Below are positions 1-11,235 of a stretch of 42,033 nucleotides of DNA, one piece after another. The stretch comes from Dimargaris cristalligena (taxonomy: Eukaryota). Under the pieces are notes generated by a model. That model was given only the letters and a program-made list of their open reading frames with translations. It ran no database searches and had not been told where the DNA came from. A program made the translations under genes and the position numbers. Within the stretch, counting starts at the first letter, position 1; every line of letters starts with the position of its first letter. Location: contig ML002321.1 in assembly GCA_003614675.1 (NCBI GenBank), forward strand, positions 1 to 42,033, in the 5' to 3' direction.

Positions 1-1859
1 TGAGGAGCAAGTGACCTTTGGCTCCGGAGGACGAAGCCAGGCCAATAGAAGCTAGTAGTAGTAGTAAAATAGCCAGTGCGGGGGGAGGCTGCTCTCTACT
101 CAACTTCCGGTTAATCGTATGCTTATATTCTATTATATACTCTAATGTAATAATAATCTACACCCCACAACCACACAGGTGGAGCACAGCAGCAATCGTA
201 GTGGATGGTTAGGTGGTAGGTTAGATGTAGTATATAATGCTCAGTCAGACCCATTCGTTGGTTGGCTGTTAATAACGCACCAGAATGTCCCTTCATCCCC
301 ACCCATACACACACCTCACCCAAGCACACTGGTTGCTTTGCCTTTTTAGGCAGTTTCTATAATAATGTCTCATTGTGGTGTGCCTTCATATTCTTATTAA
401 AGCCATCTATGGAGCATTGCTCTTCTCTCTCTGTTGCTTGGGATGGTCATGACCAACCGGACCTTAAGTCTATTAATACACCAAATCACCTTCGGATTGC
501 ATCAGGTTCACCCCTCAAAGGCCATGTGGAATGGACGATGACCTTGAACATCCATCGTCCACAAAAGATAACGGAAACGATCCGGAAGCCAAGTGGTCAG
601 TCAGTACGTTACGAAGTCCTGGTCCCCTAGGCCTAGGCCCCCGGGGGAGGCGGAAAACGAGAAGGGTGGGGGGTGGGCGATCCCCACTTTCAAACCAGGA
701 AGCTGGAATCCGAGTCCTATTCATTACCCCCACAGCCCTCCATACCTCTCACTCTTCCGGTTACAAAGGAATACCCACATCTACTACTACTCGTAGCCAA
801 ATGCTTTGCTTTCCGGATCTTCCAGTAGGGGGAACACCGCCGTACCCTACCGGTACGTGGAATGGCTGGTGTAGTCGATGGCGTCCTCGCACCATTAAAA
901 CCTACACTTGCATCTACAAGCAGCCACCGCGTCCATCAGCCTGTCAACTATTCCATCGGCACGGCCTCCTGCAGTGCAGCGTAGATAGGAGCGGGGGAGA
1001 TGTATAATGGTGCCTGGATTGCTTTGCAAAGCATCACAAGGCAGGTGGACAGGGTCTGCTATAACCCCAACAATGGCCTGCATTTCCACACTAATTTAAG
1101 AGAGTGGGATAAAATAACACGGCCACGTGAAGCTCCTCTGGCCGAAACATAATCAAATGGGATGCAGGGTACCTGATACTCTCCCCCTTAGAGTGTGCGG
1201 TTCACCTTCAAGGGTAGCATCCTGCAATATAAGAGAAGAGGCCTTTATGACGAAGAATCAAATCCGTGGGCCTAAAATTGGCCTAATACACCGGTTTGGT
1301 TCCCCCGAGCTCGCCAGTCCCCCTGTCCGGTTTGCCAAACGACGGTGCCATAAGCACCCGGCAGCCGTTCTCATGGCCGATCCGCTACCATTCAGTTCGA
1401 GTCACAGCCGCCATCCTCCCCCCTGGCACCCCTTTAACAGTCGAACCGATTCGGCAGTACGCCATACTCCTCTTTTCTACCGAAGTCGAACTACCCCTTG
1501 GATCACACGAAATACCCAGGCTACACTGAATCAGCTTCGGCCGGCATGATGTATACCCTGAACTAGTCGGCCCCGAACTATACAGCATACACCGCCTCCG
1601 AATGGGCAGGGCAGGTTAGATTCAACAACCATCTGGTAATATATGCAAATATATATATAATAGTAAACCTGATATGTTTTATACGCGTATGTATATATAG
1701 ATATAGATATATGGGGGGGGGTTGAAGAGCCCAATCCCTCGGAATGCCCCATATCATTAAACGATGGTTGATATTACTATTGATGACTATACTGATCACC
1801 CATACCACCAGGGGATTCGGAAGGTCTGGTTATCTTCTGATTCAGACCAGACAGATGAA

Positions 1860-3316
1860 CTACTCCATACCCTGCATCGACAGACCAGGTATCCAGGAGC
1901 AGATATGGGTAGGGGTAATTTGCCGAAACTGCATCTGGGCACCCAGGGAGATGGCCTGGTCTGAATTTTGCAAGTCGTCGATATATGCGATGGCCACGGG
2001 ATGTTCCGAATCAAACGCTGTTAACAAAAAATGCCAGGAGGGCTGCGCGTGGCCATCCAGGGTAACACTGATATTGGTTTCCGTGTTCTAAATTGGGAGA
2101 ACAAAAGTAGATGTGGCAGTCCAAGAACGGAGTGATTAATCGATCCGATCGGCTTCCTATGGCTGTCGAGCTAGTGGGAGAGAATACAAAATAGACCACT
2201 CAACTTTCTCATTTGTACATGATGGCCTACTGCCATCAAAGGCTCTTACATTAATGACCACGGTGTGGTCGTCGTCGGTAACGATAAGCGGTGCCACCCG
2301 ATGGAATTCGATCCGCTGAAGGTCCAGGTTGAGGCCGACCCCTTTGGCTTTAACAAAGCTTTCCTTGAGACACCAGAACCGGTGGAACTGAGCCAACTGG
2401 ATTCGGGGATCGGGTGACCGTTGGATACAGGCCCATTCGAAAGGGGTAAACTGCTCAGTCATGTAACTGAAAAAGTCGGAGACCGATTCGTGGCGGGGTG
2501 GCTCGATTCGACTGACATCGACGCCCAACGCCGCCGCCCGCCCTGCGACAAAAATCACCCAGTTGCCGTGGTGGGATAGATTAAATCGGAGGTCCAGGAG
2601 GGCCTGGCGGGTAGTCGGGGCCAGTTTGGTCGCAGCGGCGGAGTTGATTATGGGTTTATTATGGGCCGAACGGGTTAATTGGACGTCCCACCAACGGGTT
2701 GGGGAGGGATGCGTTTCTTCCAAAGTACTGTGGTCTATGGCCCGACAGTAGTGGAAGAGAAAACAGCGCATCAAGATACGACCGACCAGAGCGAGCCGGC
2801 GATCCTTATCAAACATAAATTGTTGGATTCGGGTGCGCTCCTCGGTCTGTACCCAGGTTAAGAGGTGGTCCATGAGCTATCCAGCGGCCGAGCGATATAT
2901 ATAACACATATATGCATGGGTAGATATGGACAAGGTCAGTGAGATACAAGTTGAGTCTTAAGGAAGGTAGTAAGGCAATGAGGCCAACCGAGGAGGGTTT
3001 ACTGATTAGTAGTGAGTTGCGTGCCGAAAAAGTTAGTCGAGTGGTCAAGGCATGTGGCATTCTCTAAAGCGCATAAAGGGAGTCGAGGGTATTTGGCTGG
3101 AGCTACTGGCTCATTCCCGTAGTGGTGGTGGGGGGGCCGTTTTAAAATTACCCTTTGGTCTAACCCGGGCTGCGTCACATTAAAAGCCCACTGCACTAGC
3201 ACAGGTCGGTTGAGATCAGTAGGTACCGGTGAAGAGTCCGTCGACGGTGGTGCGGGAAGGCCGGCGTTGCTATTACCCATGGAAAACGGCGAGGCTGAGT
3301 GGTCCGCCGCGGCCAT
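1860..3316 (-). CDS. LYS5: Sfp-type 4'-phosphopantetheinyl transferase (Lys5/AASDHPPT/NpgA family)
   Basis: Exons 3316-3152, 2876-2250 and 2087-1860 join in frame across GT-AG introns. Motifs: VQWAFN, RSAHNKP, FNLSHHGNWV, LGVDV, FHRFWCLKESFVKAKGVGL (WxxKE), C-terminal LDG..W.F....DSEHPVAIA. Confidence 0.92.
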
Positions 3317-3790
3317 GGTTGAAACGCTATATGATACACAAGATATACTCAAGAAGAGGAACTGGCAAAAAAATGGTACGTTTGGAGAAGGGGGCAGCAT
3401 TCGGGGTTGAGTTCTGGGGTAGCTCTTTTTGGCGGGCACACTACGAGGCGCACGGAATAGGGGGGCTTGGAATGATGTATCGGCGGCACCCTCGTTGAAC
3501 AAGGGAGGTGGGGGGGGGCATTGTCAATGAAATGCAGCTAACCGACCCCCTCCTACACACACAATGTTATTTCTTTACCAGCCATTAGATACACTTATTA
3601 TTAGGTAGTAAAATCACCTATTTGACGCGCGGTGTATTTTGAGCAGTTTCGCCGAATCATAGCGGGCAAGGCAGCTGGGCCAATGTTTGAGCCACGGCAA
3701 ATTATACCAGTATAATAGGGTTACTAATTACGACCATTTAACGATACGCTACCATTCGAATGAAAACAGCCCAAAGCCAACCCCACGGTC

Positions 3791-3828
<38 letters not shown>
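3791..3828. repeat. Compound microsatellite (AT)10(AG)9
   Basis: Read directly from the sequence. Confidence 0.95.
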
Positions 3829-4256
3829 GACTGGTGGGGGAAACATGGCAACTGGATATGGGAGAACCAGTGTCACGGAGATCTAATCTAATGAGTAGGG
3901 CGAAGGAGATTACACCTATCATTGTTATATCTCATCTCCGAGCCTGGTGGAGGGTACTTTATCCCTTGTTTCTATTCTCCAAATACATCGAGTCAATATC
4001 ATCATAAATCATTGATTGTTATTTTATAGATAGATAGATGCCTCCCTACCCATTGCTTTTTAATAGGCAGAGTTACATAAAAGACATGTTTATGCATAAC
4101 AAAATCAAAAGCACATCTCAGCCCAAACGAGGAAGAGAAGATGTGTAAAGAGCCACAGAGGGCCAAATAATTAATACGCCAACTGGGGCCTTTTCAAAGC
4201 AAGATGGGGAGGAAGACAAAAGAAAGGTCGATAGAGCAAAGTAAGTCGGGATAAAC

Positions 4257-4724
4257 TTAGTTGTTTTCCTTGTAGGCCATGGCCATCTCCTCACCCATGG
4301 CGGTCAGGACAGTGATGCTCAGGTCCTTGCCTTCGTCAAAGTCCGCCTCGATCTTCTTGCCCAAGTCGTTGTCAGGCACCTTGATATCGTCCTTGGCGAC
4401 ACCTTCGGAGGTGATCAAATTTAAGTAACCGCCGTCGATGTTGCAGAGCTGGTATTCGACACGGGTGACGTTGGGGACGTCCATATTGTGGGTAGAGGGA
4501 GACAGATCTTCGTACTTCCGGCCAGTGAAGATATCAATACCGACCATGTTGACCTTGGCGTGACCGTGCTTACCGGTCTTGGAGGTAGACATATCCACGA
4601 TCTTGCAGGGGCGACCCTTGATGACGACGTAGCCGTTCTTACGCAGAGCCGAGCACTGGATAGGGTAAGTCATGGAGGCACCGGAGACGGCGGACTCGAA
4701 GGTGTGATCATGTTCTTCAGCCAT
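4257..4724 (-). CDS. eIF5A: Eukaryotic translation initiation/elongation factor 5A
   Basis: 155-aa uninterrupted ORF with the hypusination motif [12 protein letters not shown] and [12 protein letters not shown]...[10 protein letters not shown]. Confidence 0.98.
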   Translation of the reverse strand: MAEEHDHTFESAVSGASMTYPIQCSALRKNGYVVIKGRPCKIVDMSTSKTGKHGHAKVNMVGIDIFTGRKYEDLSPSTHNMDVPNVTRVEYQLCNIDGGYLNLITSEGVAKDDIKVPDNDLGKKIEADFDEGKDLSITVLTAMGEEMAMAYKENN

Positions 4725-4756
4725 AGTGATGTATTGGGGGGGATAGAGGGGAAGAA

Positions 4757-5032
4757 CTAATGAGGAGGGAAAAGGAGGTTGCAGAAGATGGGTATAGAAA
4801 GATGAAAAGAAGGTGAGAAGAGGCGAATCATATACTGCAACGGGTGAATCCTACACGCCCTTTGCAGCAGTGAGGGGAGAATTACTCTACGGCGGGAGTG
4901 AATAGTCACGATGATCAACCGGGAACAGCTTGGATCTGCTCCACCTATATTATAGGATACTATACCCTAGATAAAGACGCCTCCCACCACTATGGGAGGT
5001 TAGCATTAAAGCTTGAGTACATTGCAACTTAC
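4757..5032 (-). other. Probable 5'-UTR intron of eIF5A
   Basis: Strong donor AG|GTAAGT at 5032 and a pyrimidine-rich tract ending in TAG at 4759-4757, 32 nt upstream of the ATG. Confidence 0.55.
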
Positions 5033-5390
5033 CTAAAGGGCAACGAAGTCGAAGGAATGAGGAGCCGAATCAACAAGATTGGGGAATAAGCAGGAAAACA
5101 AACCGAACGAAACCGGACAAAGCAGTGGCAAACGACTTAGACGGGGCCAGGGGTACTCTTGTATGAGAGTAGAGTAAACGAGCATGCGTGGTGGGGGCTT
5201 TTTTTCCTTTGGGAGATTGTCAGTGTTAGGGTGAAAAAAAAATCCACCGCCTCAACCCCAGTGGGAGACGAGAAGAAATAACACTACAATACCGCATTGG
5301 TGGTGGTGGTGGTGGTACTACTACTCTCCCCCATTGTCATTATTATCTTCTATTTTTCCTCTTTCATCGGCACGCTAGTCCTTCTTCACA

Positions 5391-5501
5391 ATATATATAT
5401 ATATATATATATATTATAGAAAGGATGTGGTGTATACCACTATTATAATCATTAGTATTAGTATTAGTATTAGTATTAGTATTGCTATTAGTATTAGTAT
5501 T
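5391..5501. repeat. (AT)12 microsatellite (5391-5414) and hexamer tandem repeat (ATTAGT)x~8 (5451-5501, one ATTGCT variant)
   Basis: Read directly from the sequence. Confidence 0.95.
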
Positions 5502-6089
5502 CCCACTATTCATTGGTGCATACATTGCCTGTGTGGGCTGCCTGGGAATCTCGTCATACCATTGGCCGGTTCCCACTGTGGTCTGGCCTGGGTCAAATGT
5601 GTGAGGAGGAGAGGGTTTGTTTCATCACCATTTTTAAACCATGATTGGGGTTGCCCCTCCTTCTCCCTTCAACCCCCCCCCCCTGTAAGTACAAAAAAGC
5701 CAATCATATACCCAAAAGGCACGTGACTCATTCCGCACTATCTCCGTCGGATTTGCCGGTGCCCTTTAACTCCTCCTTAAGTAAGGGAGATATAATTACC
5801 GCAAAATGATATGAAACGCCGTTGCTAGGTAGTCTCATTGGGGGGATTATAATAGCCATCCACCACCATTAAAAGATCCCTCTAACCATAACCATTTAGA
5901 AATTACATGAACCCTCCAATTTAATATGCTAAAATATGTATCTCGTTCGAATGAAGTAAATGATGTCCCCATTAGGTAGAAGACTTCGATCCACTCACAC
6001 TATACTCCCTTTACATATATCCAAGGGCACACACCCCACATTACCATACGAAAATGGAAAAAATTGGCTTTATTGTTCTACCAAGTGTT

Positions 6090-7182
6090 TCAGAAAAATT
6101 TGACACCTGCTTCGTTAGCCGCTTCATCGTTGTGGAACACCTGCGCCTTGCCTTTGCTCACTAGCGTCGAAAGTACCCTTCGCAGCATCAGGGCATCCAT
6201 ACCATGGAACTCTAGCCAGTTAACAGAAACGGGATGGAATAGGATGCATATATGATGTATGTGTCAGTCCATAAGGTCACGCTAGCAATCCATTACCCTT
6301 TCAAGTTGGTTGTATAAACCGATAAACAGTCGTACTTCTACCATATCACCAGGAAAGAAATAAATATATAAGTAAATAAAGGAAGGCAGGAAGGTATATT
6401 ACTACTACTACTTACCGGCCCCTTGGCTCAGGTCGTCATGGGTTAGTTCGTACAGCGTCAGTACCGAGTTATTAAGTGCCCGGTCTTGAATCTATGCATG
6501 CATACAAGGAGTGATCGGGTATATAAACAGTTGGAGTTAGCCACTAGCTAGTTAACCAACTAACCAGTCATACAATACCAGGCCCGACATGGAGGAATGA
6601 TGTCCTTCGCCACTACATCATCGTGATCAACCCCTTTCATTAATGCCAGTCAAACAGACTCGATAACCTAAAGGCGAGGGAGGAGGAGCTGTTCGATGGC
6701 CATTGCCTTACCCATTGGTAAATCAAATCGGCCCATTCCTCCGGTGAATGCCAGTAAATGAGGCATTGGTTACGCGACGTTTTCTTGTCATCGAGCCACT
6801 CTGCCCGGCCCTGATCGACCATCAACTGAATAACCTCGTGGATGGCTGCTAATGGCAGTTTACCTGCACATATATATGTATGTGATAGGGCGGGGAAGTA
6901 TAGTTAGTTTAGTATTGATTGGAATGGTACGGGAGTGGGTATTGGGGTAGGCAGTATGAGATATGTTGGTAGTATATAGAAGCAATATAAGGAAGGGTGA
7001 GTGAAGACAAGTACTTACGGCCAATGGCGGTATTATTAAACAGTTCACTATTGGCGGCTTCCGATAGGGTGAGTCGGAATTGACGTTGATGTCGGCAGTA
7101 GTTTAAAACGAGAGTTTGCCATTGCTTTGCTTGATCCTGCCACGTCGAAAGGGTGGGTTGTCGACTATCATGTCAACCGACA

Positions 7183-7216
<34 letters not shown>

Positions 7217-7462
7217 TATGGTGGTGGATTATTGGATCGCAGTATCCGATTATGGTATAATGTTAGCCTACTTTGCTCGACTATTGCTGCTTCGCTGGAA
7301 TGCGCTTGGTGAGCGGAAGGGGCCGGCTGGGAGGGGGGGGTCGACGCCAAGGGCCCAGGAGCTCCAAGGTACCAAAAGGAACACAGTACCGAGACTAACT
7401 TACGTGAAAAACGGTGGAAAGTCGTAGACGGGGGGAAATTGGAATGAAGTTGGCGAGTCCAT
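6090..7462 (-). CDS. VPS25: ESCRT-II subunit VPS25 (184 aa)
   Basis: Five exons 7462-7404, 7164-7019, 6863-6712, 6491-6416 and 6211-6090 join in frame. Motifs: FQFPPVYDFPPFFTRQP, W..LVLNYC, LFNNTAIGRKL, GRAEW, IYWHSPEEWADLIYQW, NSVLTLYEL, EFHGMD, GKAQVF, terminal GVKFF. Confidence 0.96.
7182..7217. repeat. Perfect 36-bp palindrome ATGC(AT)14GCAT within VPS25 intron 1
   Basis: Read directly from the sequence. Confidence 0.9.
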
Positions 7463-8082
7463 TCTTTGTATAAAGAGGCGTGCGGCCAAGCCCAATTACT
7501 AACTAGATGGAGCGAATGGTTTTCCGAGTCACACAGTCGAGGTAGATAGAGAATATGTGGGAGGAATGGCTGAAGACAATGCGCAAGGGGTGTGGGATAG
7601 TCAGGCAGCCATAGAACTAACCATCTTATTTGGCCTCCCATGTAGTTGGGGCCTCTGGAAATTATCCCTGTTCTTGGCTTATGGAAGGTCTTTCCATACT
7701 GAACGAACGAAGCGGCATACTTCTTCGTCCCTGGAACAAATCCCGTTAGTGCGGCGAAGCCCCGCACATTCAGTTTCACAGGGAAGGACTGGCTTGGTCT
7801 GGCTTGACTTACAATTCCAAGACCTCTCTCCCCTATGAGATGGTTCGAGAAGCCAGGCCAGCTGACGTACGTGTTCTTTTAAACTTAAGCAGTAAACCAA
7901 GGAAAGTGACCACCAATCAAACAACCTTGGATTCACCCGTTCTATTACGTCCCTTTTCGCTAAAACAGCAGCGCGGCCTTGTTTCCCCGTTCGGGCTTTC
8001 TTTGTTACTTTACACTTTGGTCTTGTCTTATATTTTACTTTCCGGCTCGTCGTCCCACCCCACTCGTCCGCTCTTGTTCGTT

Positions 8083-8760
8083 ATGGCCCGTTCCCGCAAT
8101 TCCGGCCCCGTGCAGGCCTACCTAGTGGCCTACAACCTCTTCTCCATGGTCAGCTGGGCCTGGATTCTCTACCTCACCTGCGCCCACCTGCTAACCACCG
8201 GGTCGCCCCAAACCCTCTACCCGGTGATTGGCTACCCCCTCACGGTGATCCAGACCCTCATGTTTCTTGACCCCCTGCACTCGGCCCTGGGTCTGGTGCG
8301 CTCGCCCCTCCTAACGAACCTGGTCCAAGTGGCCTCCCGGATCATTGTGGTTTGGCAGCCCCTCCAGCTCTTCAATGTCCCCGCCGTCACCACCAGCTGG
8401 GCCCTGGCCACCATGACCATTGCCTGGGGGGTCACGGAAGTGGTCCGCTACGGTTACTACGTTTTCAATCTGCTCGGTATGCAGCCCTACCCCCTGACCT
8501 GGGCCCGGTACACGTTCTTTTACGTTCTCTACCCCGTCGGGGCCACTAGCGAAGCCGTGCTTATTTACCACGCTCTCGACGCTGCCAAGGCCTTCAGTCC
8601 TCTGATCTATTATATCATGTGCCTCGAAATTTTCCTCTACGTGCCCTTCTTCCCGCAAATGTACATGCACATGATTCGCCAGCGCAAGAAGACGTTGGCC
8701 CCCGCTACCCCGGTCAAGCGTGCACGCACCCATTCCACACCCATCAAGAAAAAGATCTAA
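8083..8760 (+). CDS. PHS1: Very-long-chain 3-hydroxyacyl-CoA dehydratase (PTPLA/HACD family)
   Basis: Start taken at MARSRNSG (ATG 8083). Motifs: YLVAYN, HSALGLVRSP, QVASR, AWGVTEVVRYGYY, WARYTFFYVLYPVGATSE (catalytic Y/E), MYMHMIRQRKK, C-terminal KKKI (KKXX ER-retrieval signal). Confidence 0.96.
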   Translation: MARSRNSGPVQAYLVAYNLFSMVSWAWILYLTCAHLLTTGSPQTLYPVIGYPLTVIQTLMFLDPLHSALGLVRSPLLTNLVQVASRIIVVWQPLQLFNVPAVTTSWALATMTIAWGVTEVVRYGYYVFNLLGMQPYPLTWARYTFFYVLYPVGATSEAVLIYHALDAAKAFSPLIYYIMCLEIFLYVPFFPQMYMHMIRQRKKTLAPATPVKRARTHSTPIKKKI

Positions 8761-9002
8761 TTGATTGATCCGGTTTTTTGTATAGCCGCCGGTTGTCAAC
8801 ATGGTTTTTATTTTTTCTTATTATATAGAGTGGGGATGGCTACAGCTGACTGATTCCCACTGATATAAGAATAAACAGCTTCATTGCAAAAATAAATTCC
8901 GAAGTTGAGCTTGCTAATGCATATATAGCTATTCCCCTGGATTAATAATCATTCAAGTAACATGAAGGGGATAGGGGGGGGGGGAAAGCTAACCCCTTCG
9001 GC

Positions 9003-10397
9003 TTAGGAAGAGGAGGGGGTCTTGGACGCCGGAGTCCAGTTGGGGTCAAATGTTTTGGGGATGGCCAACCAGGCCTGGTTGTAGTTGGGATCAACCTTCT
9101 CACACCCAGTGAGGGCCCACGGGGTCACCTTAAGCATGAGACTCGACTCAAACATAAACGCTTGGGTGTTGTCCGCCACTCGACCGGGTTTCAATTCACG
9201 GGCCGTGGCCGCCTCGACGGTTTTAGCGTCCGGACCGTGGGGGGTCATGAAGCTGTGCAGGCTGGCACCCCCCGGTAGGAAGCCGTCCCGTTTCGCCTCG
9301 TATTCACCGTGGATCAAGCCCATGAATTCCGACATGGCGTTGCGGTGGAAATAGGGTGGGCGGAAGGTATGTTGCTGCACTTCAAAACGGGGTGGGAAAA
9401 TGACAAAGTCGGCAATGGCCGTGCCAGGGAAGGCCGACTTGCAGGTGAGGACAGTGAATACGGAAGGGTCAATGTGGTCGAACGTAACGGAGTTCACGGC
9501 GCAGAAGTCCGCCAGATTGTAGCGGTAGGGTACGTAGTTGCCGTGCCAGGCCACGACGTCGAATGGGCAGTGGGCCTGGCGAGCGGTAAACAACCGGCCC
9601 TGGTACTTGGCTACGATTTGCCACTCGGCGGGGTCATTCTCCGGATCATCGTCCTGGTAGGCCGCGACGGGGGCCTGGAAGTCCCGGGGGTTGGCCAGCC
9701 CATTGGCCCCAATGGGGCCGAGGTCGGGTAGTTCAAAATGGCCGTTGAAGACCTCGAGTACATACCCGCGACTGGGTCCGTGTGGGGTTTCCACGCGGAA
9801 CCGAATCCCGCGGGGCACCACGACAATTTCGTTGGGGCGGACCTCCAACCAGCCAAACTCGGTCTGGATCACAAGCTCACCAAGCTGGGGCACAATCAGC
9901 CAGTCCCCGTCGGCACTATACAGGGCCCGGTGGGCCATGGAACGGTTGCAGGTGTACACGTAGATGGCCAGCCCCTCGCGGGTGGCTGGGTCCCCGGCTC
10001 CGGCCAGGGAGTTCAGACCCTCGACAAAGTCGCGTGCGTCATCCTCCGTGGGCAAGTCAAAGGGGCGCCAGCGGAGTTGAGTGGGGGTTACAATAGCTTC
10101 AGTATGGGGGTCGGAATAGCTGGCACACACGTGCTGACCTAAGGTATCGGTAGCGGGTTGAAAGGGCTGGTGAACGGCGGCGGGGCGGATGCGATAAAAC
10201 CAGGTGCGGGCGTTTTCGTGGCGCGGAGCCGTAAAAGCGGTGCCAGAGAGTTGCTCGGCGTAGAGGCCGTAAGGACACCGTTGGGGGGCGTTTTGGCCCA
10301 CGGGAAGAGCGCCAGGGAGTGCCTCGGAGCTGAAATGGTTGCCGAAGCCGGAAAGGTACTTAAAACGCAGGGGGGAGTTGTCGGAACGAACGGACAT
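9003..10397 (-). CDS. hmgA: Homogentisate 1,2-dioxygenase
   Basis: Intronless ORF, first ATG at 10397. Motifs: YLSGFGNHFSSEA, GQNAPQRCPYGLYAEQLSGTAFTAPR, GPIGANGLANPRDF, FRPPYFHRNAMSEFMGLI and SLHSFMTPHGPD (Fe-ligand His/Glu/His). Confidence 0.98.
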   Translation of the reverse strand: MSVRSDNSPLRFKYLSGFGNHFSSEALPGALPVGQNAPQRCPYGLYAEQLSGTAFTAPRHENARTWFYRIRPAAVHQPFQPATDTLGQHVCASYSDPHTEAIVTPTQLRWRPFDLPTEDDARDFVEGLNSLAGAGDPATREGLAIYVYTCNRSMAHRALYSADGDWLIVPQLGELVIQTEFGWLEVRPNEIVVVPRGIRFRVETPHGPSRGYVLEVFNGHFELPDLGPIGANGLANPRDFQAPVAAYQDDDPENDPAEWQIVAKYQGRLFTARQAHCPFDVVAWHGNYVPYRYNLADFCAVNSVTFDHIDPSVFTVLTCKSAFPGTAIADFVIFPPRFEVQQHTFRPPYFHRNAMSEFMGLIHGEYEAKRDGFLPGGASLHSFMTPHGPDAKTVEAATARELKPGRVADNTQAFMFESSLMLKVTPWALTGCEKVDPNYNQAWLAIPKTFDPNWTPASKTPSSS

Positions 10398-11235
10398 GGC
10401 CACAGGGGTAGTGGGGGTTCAAAGGAATGGGGGGGAGAGATAGAAAGAGAGGGAGCTGTAGCAGAATGAATAGCGGAGGAGATGAGCATGTGGGAACCTC
10501 TGTGACTGGCCTCGGCTGGACAAGTTCTTATGGGGCGGCGTTCAGGTCAGCTGCTGTATCCATTGTAGCTGTGTCGATCAAATTAAATCAGCTGGTTCTC
10601 TACTTGCCCTGACTTCTGAACACAAAATCCCATACTAATAATGTTGTAACAGCAGTCACTTTTGCCCAATCCACGCCATACCTGTGCGATTTGTCCCATC
10701 ACGTGAGAATAGTTTCACCACTACTCTTGGCCTATTGGCCGGGCAGTCTGACTCCTAAGTGGCTGGGAATCCTCTAAGTAGCAGTGGGAGAAACATCCCA
10801 TTTGGGTGGTGACATGGCTAACTAACTGATCCCAACATCATCGTATATACATGATGCCTTTGGCTGGGGCGAAACAGGGCAGCAGCTGGCACGGCCATTT
10901 TGTTTCGGGCCAACAAGCCCCTTTCCGAATTCTAGGTCTATGCATACGTAGACGGCCGAACGATCAGCACGTCGAGATCGATTCAGGACAGGAGCTACGA
11001 TGAGTAGAGAACTTCCCTCCATTCTAAACTCCTGTGTCTACTCGGTTATTATGTCCACGCTGAATTAGTCCCATCACCTCCTTTCGCATTTTATCGGGAA
11101 GTCGCTTATTTGCCCCCTCCTACAGTCCCCCCCTCCCGGCCATAAACCACCCCCTCCATGACCACGATCCTCGGCGGAGCTCGAGTGCTGGGGCTACTAT
11201 CGTCTCCGATTCGTCAATTCGTCTTGACTCACCGC

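Noticed and set aside
1370-1415. tRNA/SINE-like A-box (TGGCCGA) and B-box (GTTCGAGTC...CCGCCA)
   Set aside because: The T-arm stem does not pair, the spacing is too short and no cloverleaf can be drawn.
5364-5726. ORFs containing NTNTNT, ISISIS or YIYIYI runs
   Set aside because: They are translations of microsatellites.
7804-8082. N-terminal ORF extensions of PHS1 (and similarly HECT 16197, hmgA 10403, COP1 35416)
   Set aside because: They begin at non-ATG codons in the ORF track and cover pyrimidine-rich UTR-like sequence. Family similarity starts at the downstream ATG.
2157-10403. Possible metabolic gene cluster (PPTase, dehydratase, dioxygenase)
   Set aside because: No PKS, NRPS or FAS core gene; these are unrelated housekeeping orthologues interleaved with eIF5A and VPS25.
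9085-10489. Multiple antisense and overlapping ORFs over hmgA (also over the HECT gene, BRX1 and COP1)
   Set aside because: Shadow ORFs produced by high GC3 codon bias, with no independent motifs.
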